A stretch of 64,000 nucleotides of DNA from a virus. Taxonomy: Duplodnaviria > Caudoviricetes. The stretch covers positions 1,134 to 65,133 of the IMG/VR virus record IMGVR_UViG_3300044825_002173; one strand, written 5' to 3'. Below are positions 8,792-17,894 of this stretch, in pieces. Each line of letters starts with the position of its first letter. The first letter of the stretch is position 1. The notes under the pieces are model-generated. The model was not told where the DNA came from. It made no database searches and worked only from the letters and a program-made list of their open reading frames with translations. The translations under genes and the position numbers were made by a program.

Positions 8792-9192
8792 AGATCTCCC
8801 ACCTTACGATTTTCTGAGCGTTCAATACTAAATGCACCTTCAGGATAACGAGCACTTAGTTTTTCAAAGTTCATTTGGATTACTTCTTCAATAGAAATAT
8901 CAAGTCCAATACATGCCTGTGAAACATACCACATAATATCTCCAAGTTCACGCTTTAGATGAAAAAGATTTTCTTCATTTACAGGTTTACCTTGGAATAC
9001 AATTTTTTTCACCACCTCAGTAAATTCACCTGCCTCAGCACTCATACCTACAGCAGCAGTAAGCAATCGCTCAGTAGGAAATCCTTTTTCACGAAGTTCA
9101 AGGAGACGATCGATGAAAGGTGTGTGTTCTTTACTAGGATTAGAGGTAGTGGCATTAACGAACTCAACATACTTGTTCAAATCAATAGTCAT
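8788..9192 (-). CDS. mazG: MazG-like nucleoside triphosphate pyrophosphohydrolase
   Basis: AEAGEFTEVVKK...ELGDIMWY...NFEKLSARYP motifs. Confidence 0.92.
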   Translation of the reverse strand: MTIDLNKYVEFVNATTSNPSKEHTPFIDRLLELREKGFPTERLLTAAVGMSAEAGEFTEVVKKIVFQGKPVNEENLFHLKRELGDIMWYVSQACIGLDISIEEVIQMNFEKLSARYPEGAFSIERSENRKVGDL

Positions 9193-9614
9193 TAGAATTT
9201 AAATCCTTCGAATGTTTTTTTGGGTTTCTTTTCTTCATAATCATACTCTTCATCCTTTCCGTTGTCAAGAATATCTTGTTGAGCAGATTGTTCGCAATCA
9301 TAAAGACGCATTTTAGCACGATCAATACCAATCACAAAACGCTTATGAATGGTAGGATCATTATAGCGATTCTTAAGTTGTTTAACAAGAATCTGTCCAA
9401 GTCCTTCAAGTTCTTCTGTAGAAATCAAAGCAAACATCAAGTCAGCAGTAGCAGGCAAACCAAATGACTCTGAAGTATCGGTCAATTCCACATCAGAACT
9501 ACTATTATGCGTGAGAATATCATTCGCATAGAACAGATGATTTCCAGACACTTCAATATCTACAAGTTCTCTTTCATCAAGTTCTTCAATTTTTAGAATT
9601 TTTTTCAATAACAT
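9192..9614 (-). CDS. gp41: DNA helicase gp41, C-terminal fragment fused to split-intein IntC
   Basis: MLLKKILKIEELDERELVDIEVSGNHLFYANDILTHN|SSSDVELTDTSESFGLPATAD...KQLKNRYND: IntC with terminal HN|S, then the helicase C-terminus. Confidence 0.95.
   Translation of the reverse strand: MLLKKILKIEELDERELVDIEVSGNHLFYANDILTHNSSSDVELTDTSESFGLPATADLMFALISTEELEGLGQILVKQLKNRYNDPTIHKRFVIGIDRAKMRLYDCEQSAQQDILDNGKDEEYDYEEKKPKKTFEGFKF
9504..9614 (-). mobile_element. split intein C-fragment (37 aa, gp41-1 type)
   Basis: Block F/G motifs DIEVSGNHLFYAN and THN, followed by Ser+1. Confidence 0.95.
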
Positions 9615-9616
9615 TT

Positions 9617-10168
9617 TCAATTCAAAATAGCATAACGAACTCTATAAAAAGCAACTAATTGAGGATAAGTCATTTTTCCATATCCATCTTCAACAACTAA
9701 TGTTTCTGTTCTAGCAGGAGTATAAGAAACCTCATAAAGAAACACCATCTTGTTATTTTCTTTGAGTTCCTTTACAAACTTCACAATCTCATCAAAGTTC
9801 TCACCCACAACCTTATAAGTTTTTGCTTCAACACTCTTTCGGTTATAAAGAGCAGTTGGTCCCAAAAGAAATCCATCAATATAATCTTTGATTTGATTTA
9901 CATAACCAATCGTATTCTCTTTTAGATTTTCTGGTTCCTCTTCTTTAAAAAGTTCATAATTCTTTTTCATAGAGGAAAGTGAATTCTCTAACCACTCATC
10001 AAAATCAAAAGTGATACAATAGTTTTCTTCTGGAATGGGTTCATCTTCCCATTCAAACTTTTTGTTTTCTCCAAACTCTTGGATTTGATTGAAATGAGAC
10101 ACTAATGCCTTATGCGTGTCTTCATCCGTAATCGCAAGGTTTTCGTTGTATTCATAAGTTTTAGTCAT
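9617..10168 (-). CDS. acidic hypothetical protein inserted between the gp41 halves
   Basis: 183-aa ORF with ATGA overlap to the endonuclease; no motif recognised. Confidence 0.75.
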   Translation of the reverse strand: MTKTYEYNENLAITDEDTHKALVSHFNQIQEFGENKKFEWEDEPIPEENYCITFDFDEWLENSLSSMKKNYELFKEEEPENLKENTIGYVNQIKDYIDGFLLGPTALYNRKSVEAKTYKVVGENFDEIVKFVKELKENNKMVFLYEVSYTPARTETLVVEDGYGKMTYPQLVAFYRVRYAILN

Positions 10169-10929
10169 TTTTTAATCCTCCCACAAACAAATCCTTTTTC
10201 AGTATAATTTTCATAATCCCAAATATCAACACATAAACATTCTACCACATTATTAATCCAAATAACACCTTTTCCATTTTCCCAACCATTCAATAAGTAA
10301 AGATTAATTTCTTCTTTTTTGATAAATTTTCTTTCTTTTAAATCTTTTTTATGTATCCAAGTTCTACCAGAAGAACATTCTGCTATTTTATTTTTATGTT
10401 CCTCTGTAAGTTTTTTCCCTCTTTTACTCTCTGCTATTTTATTTTTAGTTTCTTGTGAATGATTCGTATTGAATTTTGTGTATAAACCAAGAGAGTATCT
10501 ATGCTTTTTAGTTTTTCTCATTTTTTCTTTTGATTGTGTAGAAAAACTTATTCCATAGTTCCACGCCCTACCATTTCTAATATTCTCTTCTATTTGTTCT
10601 TGATTTGCTCCGTGATAGTGTTTCTCATAATTACAAGTTTCATATCTCATATTATATCCACATCCATCCATACAATGAGATTTGTATTTACGGATATAAT
10701 AATCTTCTTTCATTCTTGCTTCACTTTCATCAACTTCTTCTATCACCTCAATAGTAAAGTTTCTTTTACCATATTCAATAATAGCATCAGATAGAAGTTT
10801 ATTTCCTTCGTGCCTTCCAAGAGTAATATGTTCTTGCAATCTTCTATCCAATTCATTTTTAGTCAATCCAACATAATACATATGCGGATTGACTGCTGTG
10901 TTGGTAATTAGATAAATCTTTACTTTCAT
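10165..10929 (-). CDS. free-standing GIY-YIG homing endonuclease with NUMOD3-like repeats
   Basis: KIYLITN...YYVGLT...RRLQEH catalytic module and GYN motif; HSQETKNKIAESKRGKKLTEEHKNKIAE repeats. Confidence 0.9.
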   Translation of the reverse strand: MKVKIYLITNTAVNPHMYYVGLTKNELDRRLQEHITLGRHEGNKLLSDAIIEYGKRNFTIEVIEEVDESEARMKEDYYIRKYKSHCMDGCGYNMRYETCNYEKHYHGANQEQIEENIRNGRAWNYGISFSTQSKEKMRKTKKHRYSLGLYTKFNTNHSQETKNKIAESKRGKKLTEEHKNKIAECSSGRTWIHKKDLKERKFIKKEEINLYLLNGWENGKGVIWINNVVECLCVDIWDYENYTEKGFVCGRIKK

Positions 10930-10933
10930 ATCA

Positions 10934-10973
10934 GTAAGTTATACTACTATTATTTATAAGAAGTATAACTTAC
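10934..10973 (-). promoter_or_regulatory. late promoter TATAAATA inside a perfect 12-bp inverted repeat upstream of the endonuclease
   Basis: GTAAGTTATACT...TATAAATA (10958-10951)...AGTATAACTTAC, ending 4 nt before the ATG. Confidence 0.85.
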
Positions 10974-10978
10974 ACATA

Positions 10979-12310
10979 CTATTCCTTCACATAAAGATAC
11001 ATACCCTCGTTTAGTCCGCCCTTGATATTCATTTCGCCCGTTTGAGTTGGAAATAAGTGCTCCTCACTACAAATGATTTCTTTACCATCTTCCAAAGTAA
11101 TCTTATAAGATTTCTTTTTAGATTTTGGGAAGACATTTAGAACTTCATTATAACCAGTATTTGAAAGCAACAAATCTCCAACTTGAATATTTGAAAGTTC
11201 TTTCAGTCCTTGCGGTGTTTGAACTTGTGTTTTCAAATCCAAGCAATACCCTGAACGAGTAGTTTGAGTAGCACTTACAATCGGAACATTAAACTCAACA
11301 GCAAGTCCACGAAGTTCTTCGGCAATTGCTTTCACAAAAGTGTACGAATTAATATTTGCATTTCCACGATATCTGGAAGAAGAACAAATGTTAAGATAGT
11401 CAATAAAGATAATATCTGGTTTGAATGACTTCTTAAGAGCAAGTTCGTTAAGAAGAGATTTAAAATGTCCAGCATGAGCAGAAGCAGTTGGATATTCCTT
11501 AATAATCAAAGTGCCTTGAGTCTTCTTTGCCAGATTATTAACTTTATTTTCAAAAATTTGCTTAGGAAGATCAACGATGTCTTGAATAGGAACATTCAAG
11601 AGGTTTGCGTCAATTCTTTCAGCAATGCGTTCTTCTGCCATTTCCAGCGTAATGTACAAAACGTTCCTCCCTTGGAGCAAGACGGAGCTAGCAACATGGC
11701 ACATGAATAGAGACTTGCCGACGCCCGTACCAGCAAGAGCGATATTAAGAGTTTTGTTAGGGATCCCACCTTTCGTGATTTTGTTAAAATATTCAAGATC
11801 AAATTCAATTTTATCCTCCTTTTTATGATATGATTCGTACCTTTGTTCATAATCTTGTAAGTAATCGTGTCCAATGTGAGTATCAAAACTCACAGAAAGA
11901 GCATCAGAAAGAATAGAAGGAATACTATCTCGATTTTTCTTTTCATCCTTACCATCAGCAATATGAATTGATTCCATAAGTGCCAAATAAATGGCACGAT
12001 CACGACACCACTTTTCAGTACAATTTACTAACCAGTTAAATTCAACTGAAATATCTTCGAGAGAAGAAATCAAATGAATAATCTCTTTAAAAGAAGTGTC
12101 ATTGATGTCCTTACGTTTTTCTATCTCAATACAAAGAACTTCTTTGGTTGCTGGTTGATTATATTGCTCAACAAAAGAAAGTATTTCTTCAAATACAATC
12201 TTTTGGTTTTGATCTTCAAAATATTCAGATTTAATAAATGGTATAACTTTTCTGATGTATTGCTCATTATATAACAGGTTTCTAAGAATTAGAAACTCAA
12301 CCTTCTCCAT
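10979..12310 (-). CDS. gp41: DNA helicase gp41, N-terminal fragment fused to split-intein IntN
   Basis: Walker [33 protein letters not shown], then CLDLKT intein start and a stop after 88 aa. Confidence 0.96.
   Translation of the reverse strand: MEKVEFLILRNLLYNEQYIRKVIPFIKSEYFEDQNQKIVFEEILSFVEQYNQPATKEVLCIEIEKRKDINDTSFKEIIHLISSLEDISVEFNWLVNCTEKWCRDRAIYLALMESIHIADGKDEKKNRDSIPSILSDALSVSFDTHIGHDYLQDYEQRYESYHKKEDKIEFDLEYFNKITKGGIPNKTLNIALAGTGVGKSLFMCHVASSVLLQGRNVLYITLEMAEERIAERIDANLLNVPIQDIVDLPKQIFENKVNNLAKKTQGTLIIKEYPTASAHAGHFKSLLNELALKKSFKPDIIFIDYLNICSSSRYRGNANINSYTFVKAIAEELRGLAVEFNVPIVSATQTTRSGYCLDLKTQVQTPQGLKELSNIQVGDLLLSNTGYNEVLNVFPKSKKKSYKITLEDGKEIICSEEHLFPTQTGEMNIKGGLNEGMYLYVKE
10982..11245 (-). 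mobile_element. split intein N-fragment (88 aa, gp41-1 type)
   Basis: Block A CLDLKTQV, block B CSEEHLF, no endonuclease domain. Confidence 0.95.
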
Positions 12311-13304
12311 AACTAAATTCCTTTCGTGCGATTTCGTCCAATTTTTGCATTACTTCTTCGGTAAAATATACTTCAGGTTCTTTTAGAATCTGTTTAGCAT
12401 AAAGTTTTTTACCATCAATCTCATAGCGTCCCGCTACGTTTTTCCAAAGTCCGCCAATCTCACCGAGTTCAAGAAGACCATAATATCGATCAAGACCACG
12501 CTCATCATAAAACAAACGAATCTCAACATCTTTGTTCTCCTTACTCAAACGCGATTTAGCAGTCTTAGCCTTGATAATATTTCCGACCACTTCCGTTCCA
12601 TCCTTTTCTTTCTTTTTGCTGAGATAAATGATCGTACTTGCTGCGTATTTGAGTCCAGAACCTCCTCCCATTTCTTTAGTTGGTACGTAAGCTCCGATGA
12701 CATCGTATGTATGATTTGTGACAATGAGCGGGACATTTGCTTGACCTAGTTTGAGTGTGAGCATTCGAAATGCACCTTTAATAAGTTGAGATTTAGTCAT
12801 ATCTCGAACTTCTTTTTCATTAAGTGCGTCAGTAATCTCTTTAGATGTAGAAAGCATACCCAAAGAGTCTAGCACAAACATACATGGTTTGCGATCTTCT
12901 ACAGGTGCCTTCAAATACATATCTACTGCTTTAAGTGCCTTTGTACGGAACTCTTCAATAGTAACTACATTAACAACAACTAAACGAGATGTATCAACAC
13001 CACGACTTTCTAGAAGAGATTTAGTGATAGCAGCCTCAGTGTCAAAGTAGAGACAGTAACCATCGGGATTAGAATCAAGAAAGTTCTTAACCACGGCGAG
13101 AGAGAAAAAAGTCTTTCCAGTAGAAGACTCTCCAGCAATAGCAGTAATCTTATTCCCAGATACACCGCCAAATATACTACCTGAGACCAATGCATTAAAA
13201 ACGTATGAACCCGTATCAACATAAGTTTCCGTCTCTTCTATGTCTGATGCTAATTTAGTGTAGTCATCACCAATTTCTTTTACAATATCTTTAAGAAAAT
13301 CCAT
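12297..13304 (-). CDS. uvsX: RecA-like recombinase UvsX
   Basis: [36 protein letters not shown]. Confidence 0.95.
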   Translation of the reverse strand: MDFLKDIVKEIGDDYTKLASDIEETETYVDTGSYVFNALVSGSIFGGVSGNKITAIAGESSTGKTFFSLAVVKNFLDSNPDGYCLYFDTEAAITKSLLESRGVDTSRLVVVNVVTIEEFRTKALKAVDMYLKAPVEDRKPCMFVLDSLGMLSTSKEITDALNEKEVRDMTKSQLIKGAFRMLTLKLGQANVPLIVTNHTYDVIGAYVPTKEMGGGSGLKYAASTIIYLSKKKEKDGTEVVGNIIKAKTAKSRLSKENKDVEIRLFYDERGLDRYYGLLELGEIGGLWKNVAGRYEIDGKKLYAKQILKEPEVYFTEEVMQKLDEIARKEFSYGEG

Positions 13305-13428
13305 GATTTTTCTCCTTATTCAAATAATTTATTTTATATGACCAAAGTTTAGTATATAACTTAGGATGAACATTTTTTAAAATTTCTATAATTATTTCCA
13401 ATTCTTTTTTATTGATAGGTAAATACAT
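13291..13428 (-). CDS. small hypothetical protein
   Basis: [32 protein letters not shown]...; TGATG coupling to the gp43 stop. Confidence 0.6.
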   Translation of the reverse strand: MYLPINKKELEIIIEILKNVHPKLYTKLWSYKINYLNKEKNHGFS

Positions 13429-15923
13429 CACACGAAAAAAGATTCCAAGGTTGCGGTTTTTTCTATTTTCCACCCAATAATATCAAGAATTGCCTTAAGT
13501 GGTTCTAGAAATGATTTTTCAAATTGTAATTCATAATCTATGTATCTGTCAAGATTTAACTCACTAGGAAACTCTTGTATGAATGAAATTACATTTTCAT
13601 GAATAGTATTTGGTTTCTTAAGGTAAATAAATTTGATCTTTTCTCCATTTTGTATAAGAGAATATTTACTATTAAGTTTATTTTGTTTTATGTAATAATT
13701 AAAAAGAAGTGCTCCCCTAACATGAATGGGAGTTCCTTTAATATAAATGTCAGAATGTGAGGCATATTTCTGAACATCAGAAGCAGAACGTGGAAATGAA
13801 ATTTCTTCAGGAGAAAGACTTATAAATTTATTGCGAGATTCCTCAATAAATTTAATCATATCATCTTCGCTACCACTCATCATAAGATTGAAAGATTCCT
13901 TTAGCATCTTACGACAAGGAGATGGAGTAGAAGATTTAATTGCTTCAATTCCTTTGATTTTAAGTTTAGGAGATTCATAACGAACTCCTTCACTATCCCA
14001 TACACTTAAAATATATCTCTTCTTCGCAGTCCAAATACCACGCTCAGCAATACACTCACGTTTCATAAACATTTTTTGATCGTAAGCATTCACGTATTCC
14101 GCCAATTCTTGGTAAGAATTTTCAATATACTTTTCAAGTTCCATAGAACAGATCTTATCAAGGAACGAGACAACGCTTTCAGTAGTTTTTTCTCTTCCTT
14201 TGTATACAGTTTCAACCAAAGGACCCATATTAATATAAAGAGAATCAGTATCTGAAGCAATAACATAATCTTCACCATCAGTTTTAAGAATTTTGTTGAG
14301 ATATGAATTCATTTTATTCATAATCCACTGAATTGATACTTGCCCTGAAAAAGTAATTGCTTCAGCATTCGACAATTTATAGTAACGAAAATACTGATTA
14401 CCAATAGCACCATAGGCAGAGTTGAGTTGAATCTTTCGTGCCATCTGAATGTTATTACAGCGAGCAATCTCTTTAATCAATTGCTTGTTCTTCGTTTTTT
14501 CATATTCTTGTTCAGCAGCAAGCATCTTCTTTTTAAAGATTACACGTTCATTGTAAATCTTTTCCATTAATTCTGGAAGAAAACCACGAACATCTTTACG
14601 ATACATTGCACCATTTGCACAAATTGCATAATCTTTATACATCTCAAAAGTAAGTTCTTGATTCAGAATCTTATCTACATTGACTGTTGGATGTTTTTCT
14701 TCAACCAATGTTTCGGGAGAAATATTGTATTGCATAATCAGGTGAGGGTATAGTGAGTTCAAGTCAAAACTCACAACCCAATCGTAAAGTCCAGGAATTG
14801 GTTCTTTTACATAGGCACCAGCATATTTTTCATCCTTACGTTCTTTATTTCGTGGAGGAATTACAATGTTTCTTTTCTTGAGGTATGTGTAGATAATATT
14901 GTCCCACATGCGAACTTGATAAAACACATCGGCATAATTTACCTTTGCGTCATATGCCATAGTAAGAGCAAGTTCAATCAGTTTCATCTTGTCTTCTAGT
15001 TTATCGACAAGTTCTACGTCAATAATATTATACTCAATAAACTTCTGCCACCCTTTAGTGTAGAAATCTTTAAATGTATCAAATTCAGAGTGATCCAACT
15101 TTTTCTGCCCAAGTTCAACTTCGGCAATATAATCAAGACGATAGGACTCTTGAACTTTATAAGTAAACTTTTTATAAAGATCTAGATAATCAAGTTGAGT
15201 TAGTCCACCTACATCAAATGTCGTATGCTTTCGTCCATTAATAAAGATTTCTCCTTCAGTTACAAGTCCCCAGTTAGAAAAACGCTTCATTAGTTTCTCA
15301 CCAAGAACACGATTCAGGCGCTTACAGATATAAGGAACGTCATACAACTGAATGTTCCATCCAGTAATCACATCAGGAACATCAACCATCCAATAGTTAA
15401 TGAAATGATTGAGAAGTTCATACTCAGAAGGACAATGATAGTATGTTACATCCTTACGAGTGTTATTGAATGGTTTAACTCCCCATGTTGTAATCTTCTT
15501 AGTAGTGTAATCCTGAATACTAATGGATAAGATTTCTTCTGAGGCAGATTCTACATCTGGGAATCCACCTTCAGAAGCAACCTCAATATCTAGAGTTACA
15601 AGTTTGATTTTGCTAATGTCAAATTTGATTTCATCTTCTGGATATTTCTCCGAGATATACTGATAAATGTAACGATCATTTCCGTAAATTTCGAATCCAT
15701 CTACATTTTCATACTTACTATAAAACTCACGACAGTCTTTAACTGTACCAGGATTTACCGGTTCAACTGCTTCGTCACTTAATGTTCTATATTTGGATTC
15801 TTTTTTAGTTTTTACATAAAGAGTTGGAAAAAACTCATCTCTTGTCTCAAATCTTTTTCCATTTTGTACACCGCGAACCAAAAACTGATTTCCAATCAAT
15901 TGAACATTAGTATAAAAATTCAT
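13428..15923 (-). CDS. gp43: family B DNA polymerase
   Basis: DIEV exonuclease motif, SFDLNSLYP, KIQLNSAYG, ASDTDS, KKRY. Confidence 0.97.
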   Translation of the reverse strand: MNFYTNVQLIGNQFLVRGVQNGKRFETRDEFFPTLYVKTKKESKYRTLSDEAVEPVNPGTVKDCREFYSKYENVDGFEIYGNDRYIYQYISEKYPEDEIKFDISKIKLVTLDIEVASEGGFPDVESASEEILSISIQDYTTKKITTWGVKPFNNTRKDVTYYHCPSEYELLNHFINYWMVDVPDVITGWNIQLYDVPYICKRLNRVLGEKLMKRFSNWGLVTEGEIFINGRKHTTFDVGGLTQLDYLDLYKKFTYKVQESYRLDYIAEVELGQKKLDHSEFDTFKDFYTKGWQKFIEYNIIDVELVDKLEDKMKLIELALTMAYDAKVNYADVFYQVRMWDNIIYTYLKKRNIVIPPRNKERKDEKYAGAYVKEPIPGLYDWVVSFDLNSLYPHLIMQYNISPETLVEEKHPTVNVDKILNQELTFEMYKDYAICANGAMYRKDVRGFLPELMEKIYNERVIFKKKMLAAEQEYEKTKNKQLIKEIARCNNIQMARKIQLNSAYGAIGNQYFRYYKLSNAEAITFSGQVSIQWIMNKMNSYLNKILKTDGEDYVIASDTDSLYINMGPLVETVYKGREKTTESVVSFLDKICSMELEKYIENSYQELAEYVNAYDQKMFMKRECIAERGIWTAKKRYILSVWDSEGVRYESPKLKIKGIEAIKSSTPSPCRKMLKESFNLMMSGSEDDMIKFIEESRNKFISLSPEEISFPRSASDVQKYASHSDIYIKGTPIHVRGALLFNYYIKQNKLNSKYSLIQNGEKIKFIYLKKPNTIHENVISFIQEFPSELNLDRYIDYELQFEKSFLEPLKAILDIIGWKIEKTATLESFFV

Positions 15924-16189
15924 TCTTTAATCAAATCCTCGTATTTTTCAAGAAGTGTTGGAGTAGGATCGGCAAGAGTAAGAATCTTATCCGAACTCAT
16001 CATAAATGTATCTTGTTTTGTAACTCCCATTAGAAAAGGTTCCAATGTTCTCGAAAGTCCTTCAATTTGTGGTTCTTTTATAAGAAATGGTTTAACTAAT
16101 TTGCAGTCAGGTTCTCCAATATCAGCACCTATCTCTTCAATCTGACTGATCAAAATGCAATTATTAACTAAAAACAATATCTTAATCAT
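15920..16189 (-). CDS. hypothetical protein (cyanophage-type, upstream of gp43)
   Basis: Likely ATG at 16189 after a GGAGG SD; IGEPDCKLVKPF and SSDKILTLADP motifs. Confidence 0.75.
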   Translation of the reverse strand: MIKILFLVNNCILISQIEEIGADIGEPDCKLVKPFLIKEPQIEGLSRTLEPFLMGVTKQDTFMMSSDKILTLADPTPTLLEKYEDLIKE

Positions 16190-16215
16190 TTTAGACAATA
16201 CCTCCAATAACTCAT

Positions 16216-16270
16216 ATTTTAGCAATAAAAAAAGGAGGAGTCAACCTGGATTTTGCCAGGTGCTCCTCGC
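16216..16270 (-). promoter_or_regulatory. sigma70-like promoter overlapping a terminator-like hairpin
   Basis: TTGACT (16244-16239), 17-bp spacer, TAAAAT (16221-16216); hairpin GAGGAG...CTCCTC with a T-run. Confidence 0.7.
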
Positions 16271-16291
16271 GCCGACGATATTCTTTTTTAT

Positions 16292-16474
16292 TTAGTCGCC
16301 ATTCCCACCACCATCACCAGCACCAGATCCAGGATTAATTGGAACTGCTCTACCAGCACCAACATTTGTGATTATAGATTTACCTCTTTTATTGGTACGA
16401 TAAACTTTATGTGGTTTTGCTGCTGGATACGAAATTGTTTTTATTTCGTTAAAAAATTGGCGGAAAGATTTCAT
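16292..16474 (-). CDS. small putative internal head protein
   Basis: MKSFRQFFNE N-terminus (capsid-targeting-like), basic middle, Gly-rich tail. Confidence 0.6.
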   Translation of the reverse strand: MKSFRQFFNEIKTISYPAAKPHKVYRTNKRGKSIITNVGAGRAVPINPGSGAGDGGGNGD

Positions 16475-16487
16475 TTTTTATTTTTAT

Positions 16488-16922
16488 TTAGAGATAGTCC
16501 TTTCGTGCGTGATGTTCTGGAACTATTTTCCCAAGTACGATCCGTAGAAGTCCGTCTTCGAATACAACCTCCCTGACTTCTGTGTCGTCGGATAAAGTCC
16601 ACGCTCGTTTAAAACTTCTGCTAGCCACTCCCTTGTGGATAAACGTCCTATCCGATTCGGTATCTGCTTTTTGTCCTTCGACAAAAAGTTTTCCATACTC
16701 TGTGTATACATTTACTTCTCCTTTTTTGAATCCTGCAAGTGCAAGTTCCAGATGGGATTCAACATTATTTATTTGAATAAGATTATACGGCGGATAATTT
16801 GTAGTGGTTTCATGAAGATTAAATAAACGATCAAAGTATTCATCCATTCCAATGCTATTGCGAGTAATCTTGTCCATTAAGGATGAAAGATCCGCAGCAG
16901 TATACCTTGCGAGGTTAGTCAT
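16488..16922 (-). CDS. hsp20: small heat shock protein Hsp20
   Basis: NYPPYN, LALAGF, HKGVASRSFKRAW, FEDGLL; start MTNLARY after an AAGGAG SD. Confidence 0.95.
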   Translation of the reverse strand: MTNLARYTAADLSSLMDKITRNSIGMDEYFDRLFNLHETTTNYPPYNLIQINNVESHLELALAGFKKGEVNVYTEYGKLFVEGQKADTESDRTFIHKGVASRSFKRAWTLSDDTEVREVVFEDGLLRIVLGKIVPEHHARKDYL

Positions 16923-16996
16923 TATAGTAGCTCCTTTACAGCGAGTTTGTGTTTTGTGGATCCTTTTCGGCATCCAATACTAATTATACAAGAAAC

Positions 16997-17032
16997 AAAA
17001 AAAGAGGTATCGGTAAAACCGAACCTCTTTTT
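16997..17032 (-). terminator. intrinsic terminator after regA
   Basis: AAAAGAGGTTCGGTTTTACCGATACCTCTTTTTTT hairpin with T-tract. Confidence 0.65.
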
Positions 17033-17079
17033 AGGGTTTTCCGACTTTTGTAGAGACCGCACGAAAGTCTCAATAATAT

Positions 17080-17517
17080 TTATTCGGTTTCTACTACTTT
17101 TCCTTTTTTACCAATATTATACTTTTGCTCTAGAATCCAATCACCCTTATCCTTATAAGAAAGAACTTTAATCTGATTGAGTGGAGCAATATCAGATACC
17201 CTGTCTTCTTTAACGATTGTAATCAATCCCCAATCAGCAAGAAGACGTGCAATACGATTGCGACGCTGAACATCATTTACAGTAAGATTTGCGTGCTTAC
17301 CATCAAGTGCAAATAGTTCTTTAAAGTGGACAATGTAATATCTACCCTGCTTATGCAGAATATGGCAAGATTGATAAAGTTTTTTCTCCTTACGTGATGC
17401 AACTCCGATGCGGGTCAAAGTTTCACGAACTTTCAAAAAGTCATCAGGTTCATTAAGAATTACCTCCACCATTTGGTCCTGAGACCAATCAACAGTAGGT
17501 TCTACCGTAGTAGTCAT
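17080..17517 (-). CDS. regA: translational repressor RegA
   Basis: DDFLKVRETLTRIGVA...LYQSCHILHKQGRYYIVHFKELFALDG. Confidence 0.96.
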   Translation of the reverse strand: MTTTVEPTVDWSQDQMVEVILNEPDDFLKVRETLTRIGVASRKEKKLYQSCHILHKQGRYYIVHFKELFALDGKHANLTVNDVQRRNRIARLLADWGLITIVKEDRVSDIAPLNQIKVLSYKDKGDWILEQKYNIGKKGKVVETE

Positions 17518-17894
17518 TTTGATCCTCCAGTTTCAAGTCGTTTTTTAATAAAGTTAATTTGTTCTTTTGTCAGGATTTTCAGTGCTTGAGATGCCTTTTC
17601 ATTACTATATCCATAATAACGTTTAACACATTCTAAGTCTGTGATTTTATCCTTACGGAGCCAGGGAGAAAATCTCTTCCGTTTCCTAAGACTATTTAGA
17701 TAAAATGAATATTGCATATCTTTATCGAGATGATGATTCATATTCATTTCATTTGCAAATAAAATAGTATCAATTTGCCCCGACAAACATTTATTGATAA
17801 TGAATGGAGAATATTCTTTTTTAAGTTCTGGGTCTTCTTCAATCAAATTTTCTTTCGTAAAGTTGATGGAATTCAACCAATCTTTAAGTTCCAT
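17514..17894 (-). CDS. gp62: clamp loader small subunit
   Basis: WLNSIN...YSPFIINKCLS...ANEMN...RKRKRFSPW...YYGYSNEKA. Confidence 0.93.
   Translation of the reverse strand: MELKDWLNSINFTKENLIEEDPELKKEYSPFIINKCLSGQIDTILFANEMNMNHHLDKDMQYSFYLNSLRKRKRFSPWLRKDKITDLECVKRYYGYSNEKASQALKILTKEQINFIKKRLETGGSK

Noticed and set aside
9617-10978. Group I intron as the explanation for the gp41 interruption
   Set aside because: The interval is filled by two ORFs with no room for a ribozyme core, and both flanks carry clear split-intein motifs.
13428-15923. Possible inteins or introns in gp43 (also checked gp17, gp20, gp46, uvsW)
   Set aside because: All have normal lengths and contiguous motifs, with no intein signatures.
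16923-16973. Longer hsp20 start (MPKRIH...)
   Set aside because: The SD AAGGAG lies just before the ATG at 16922, so the extension is leader sequence.
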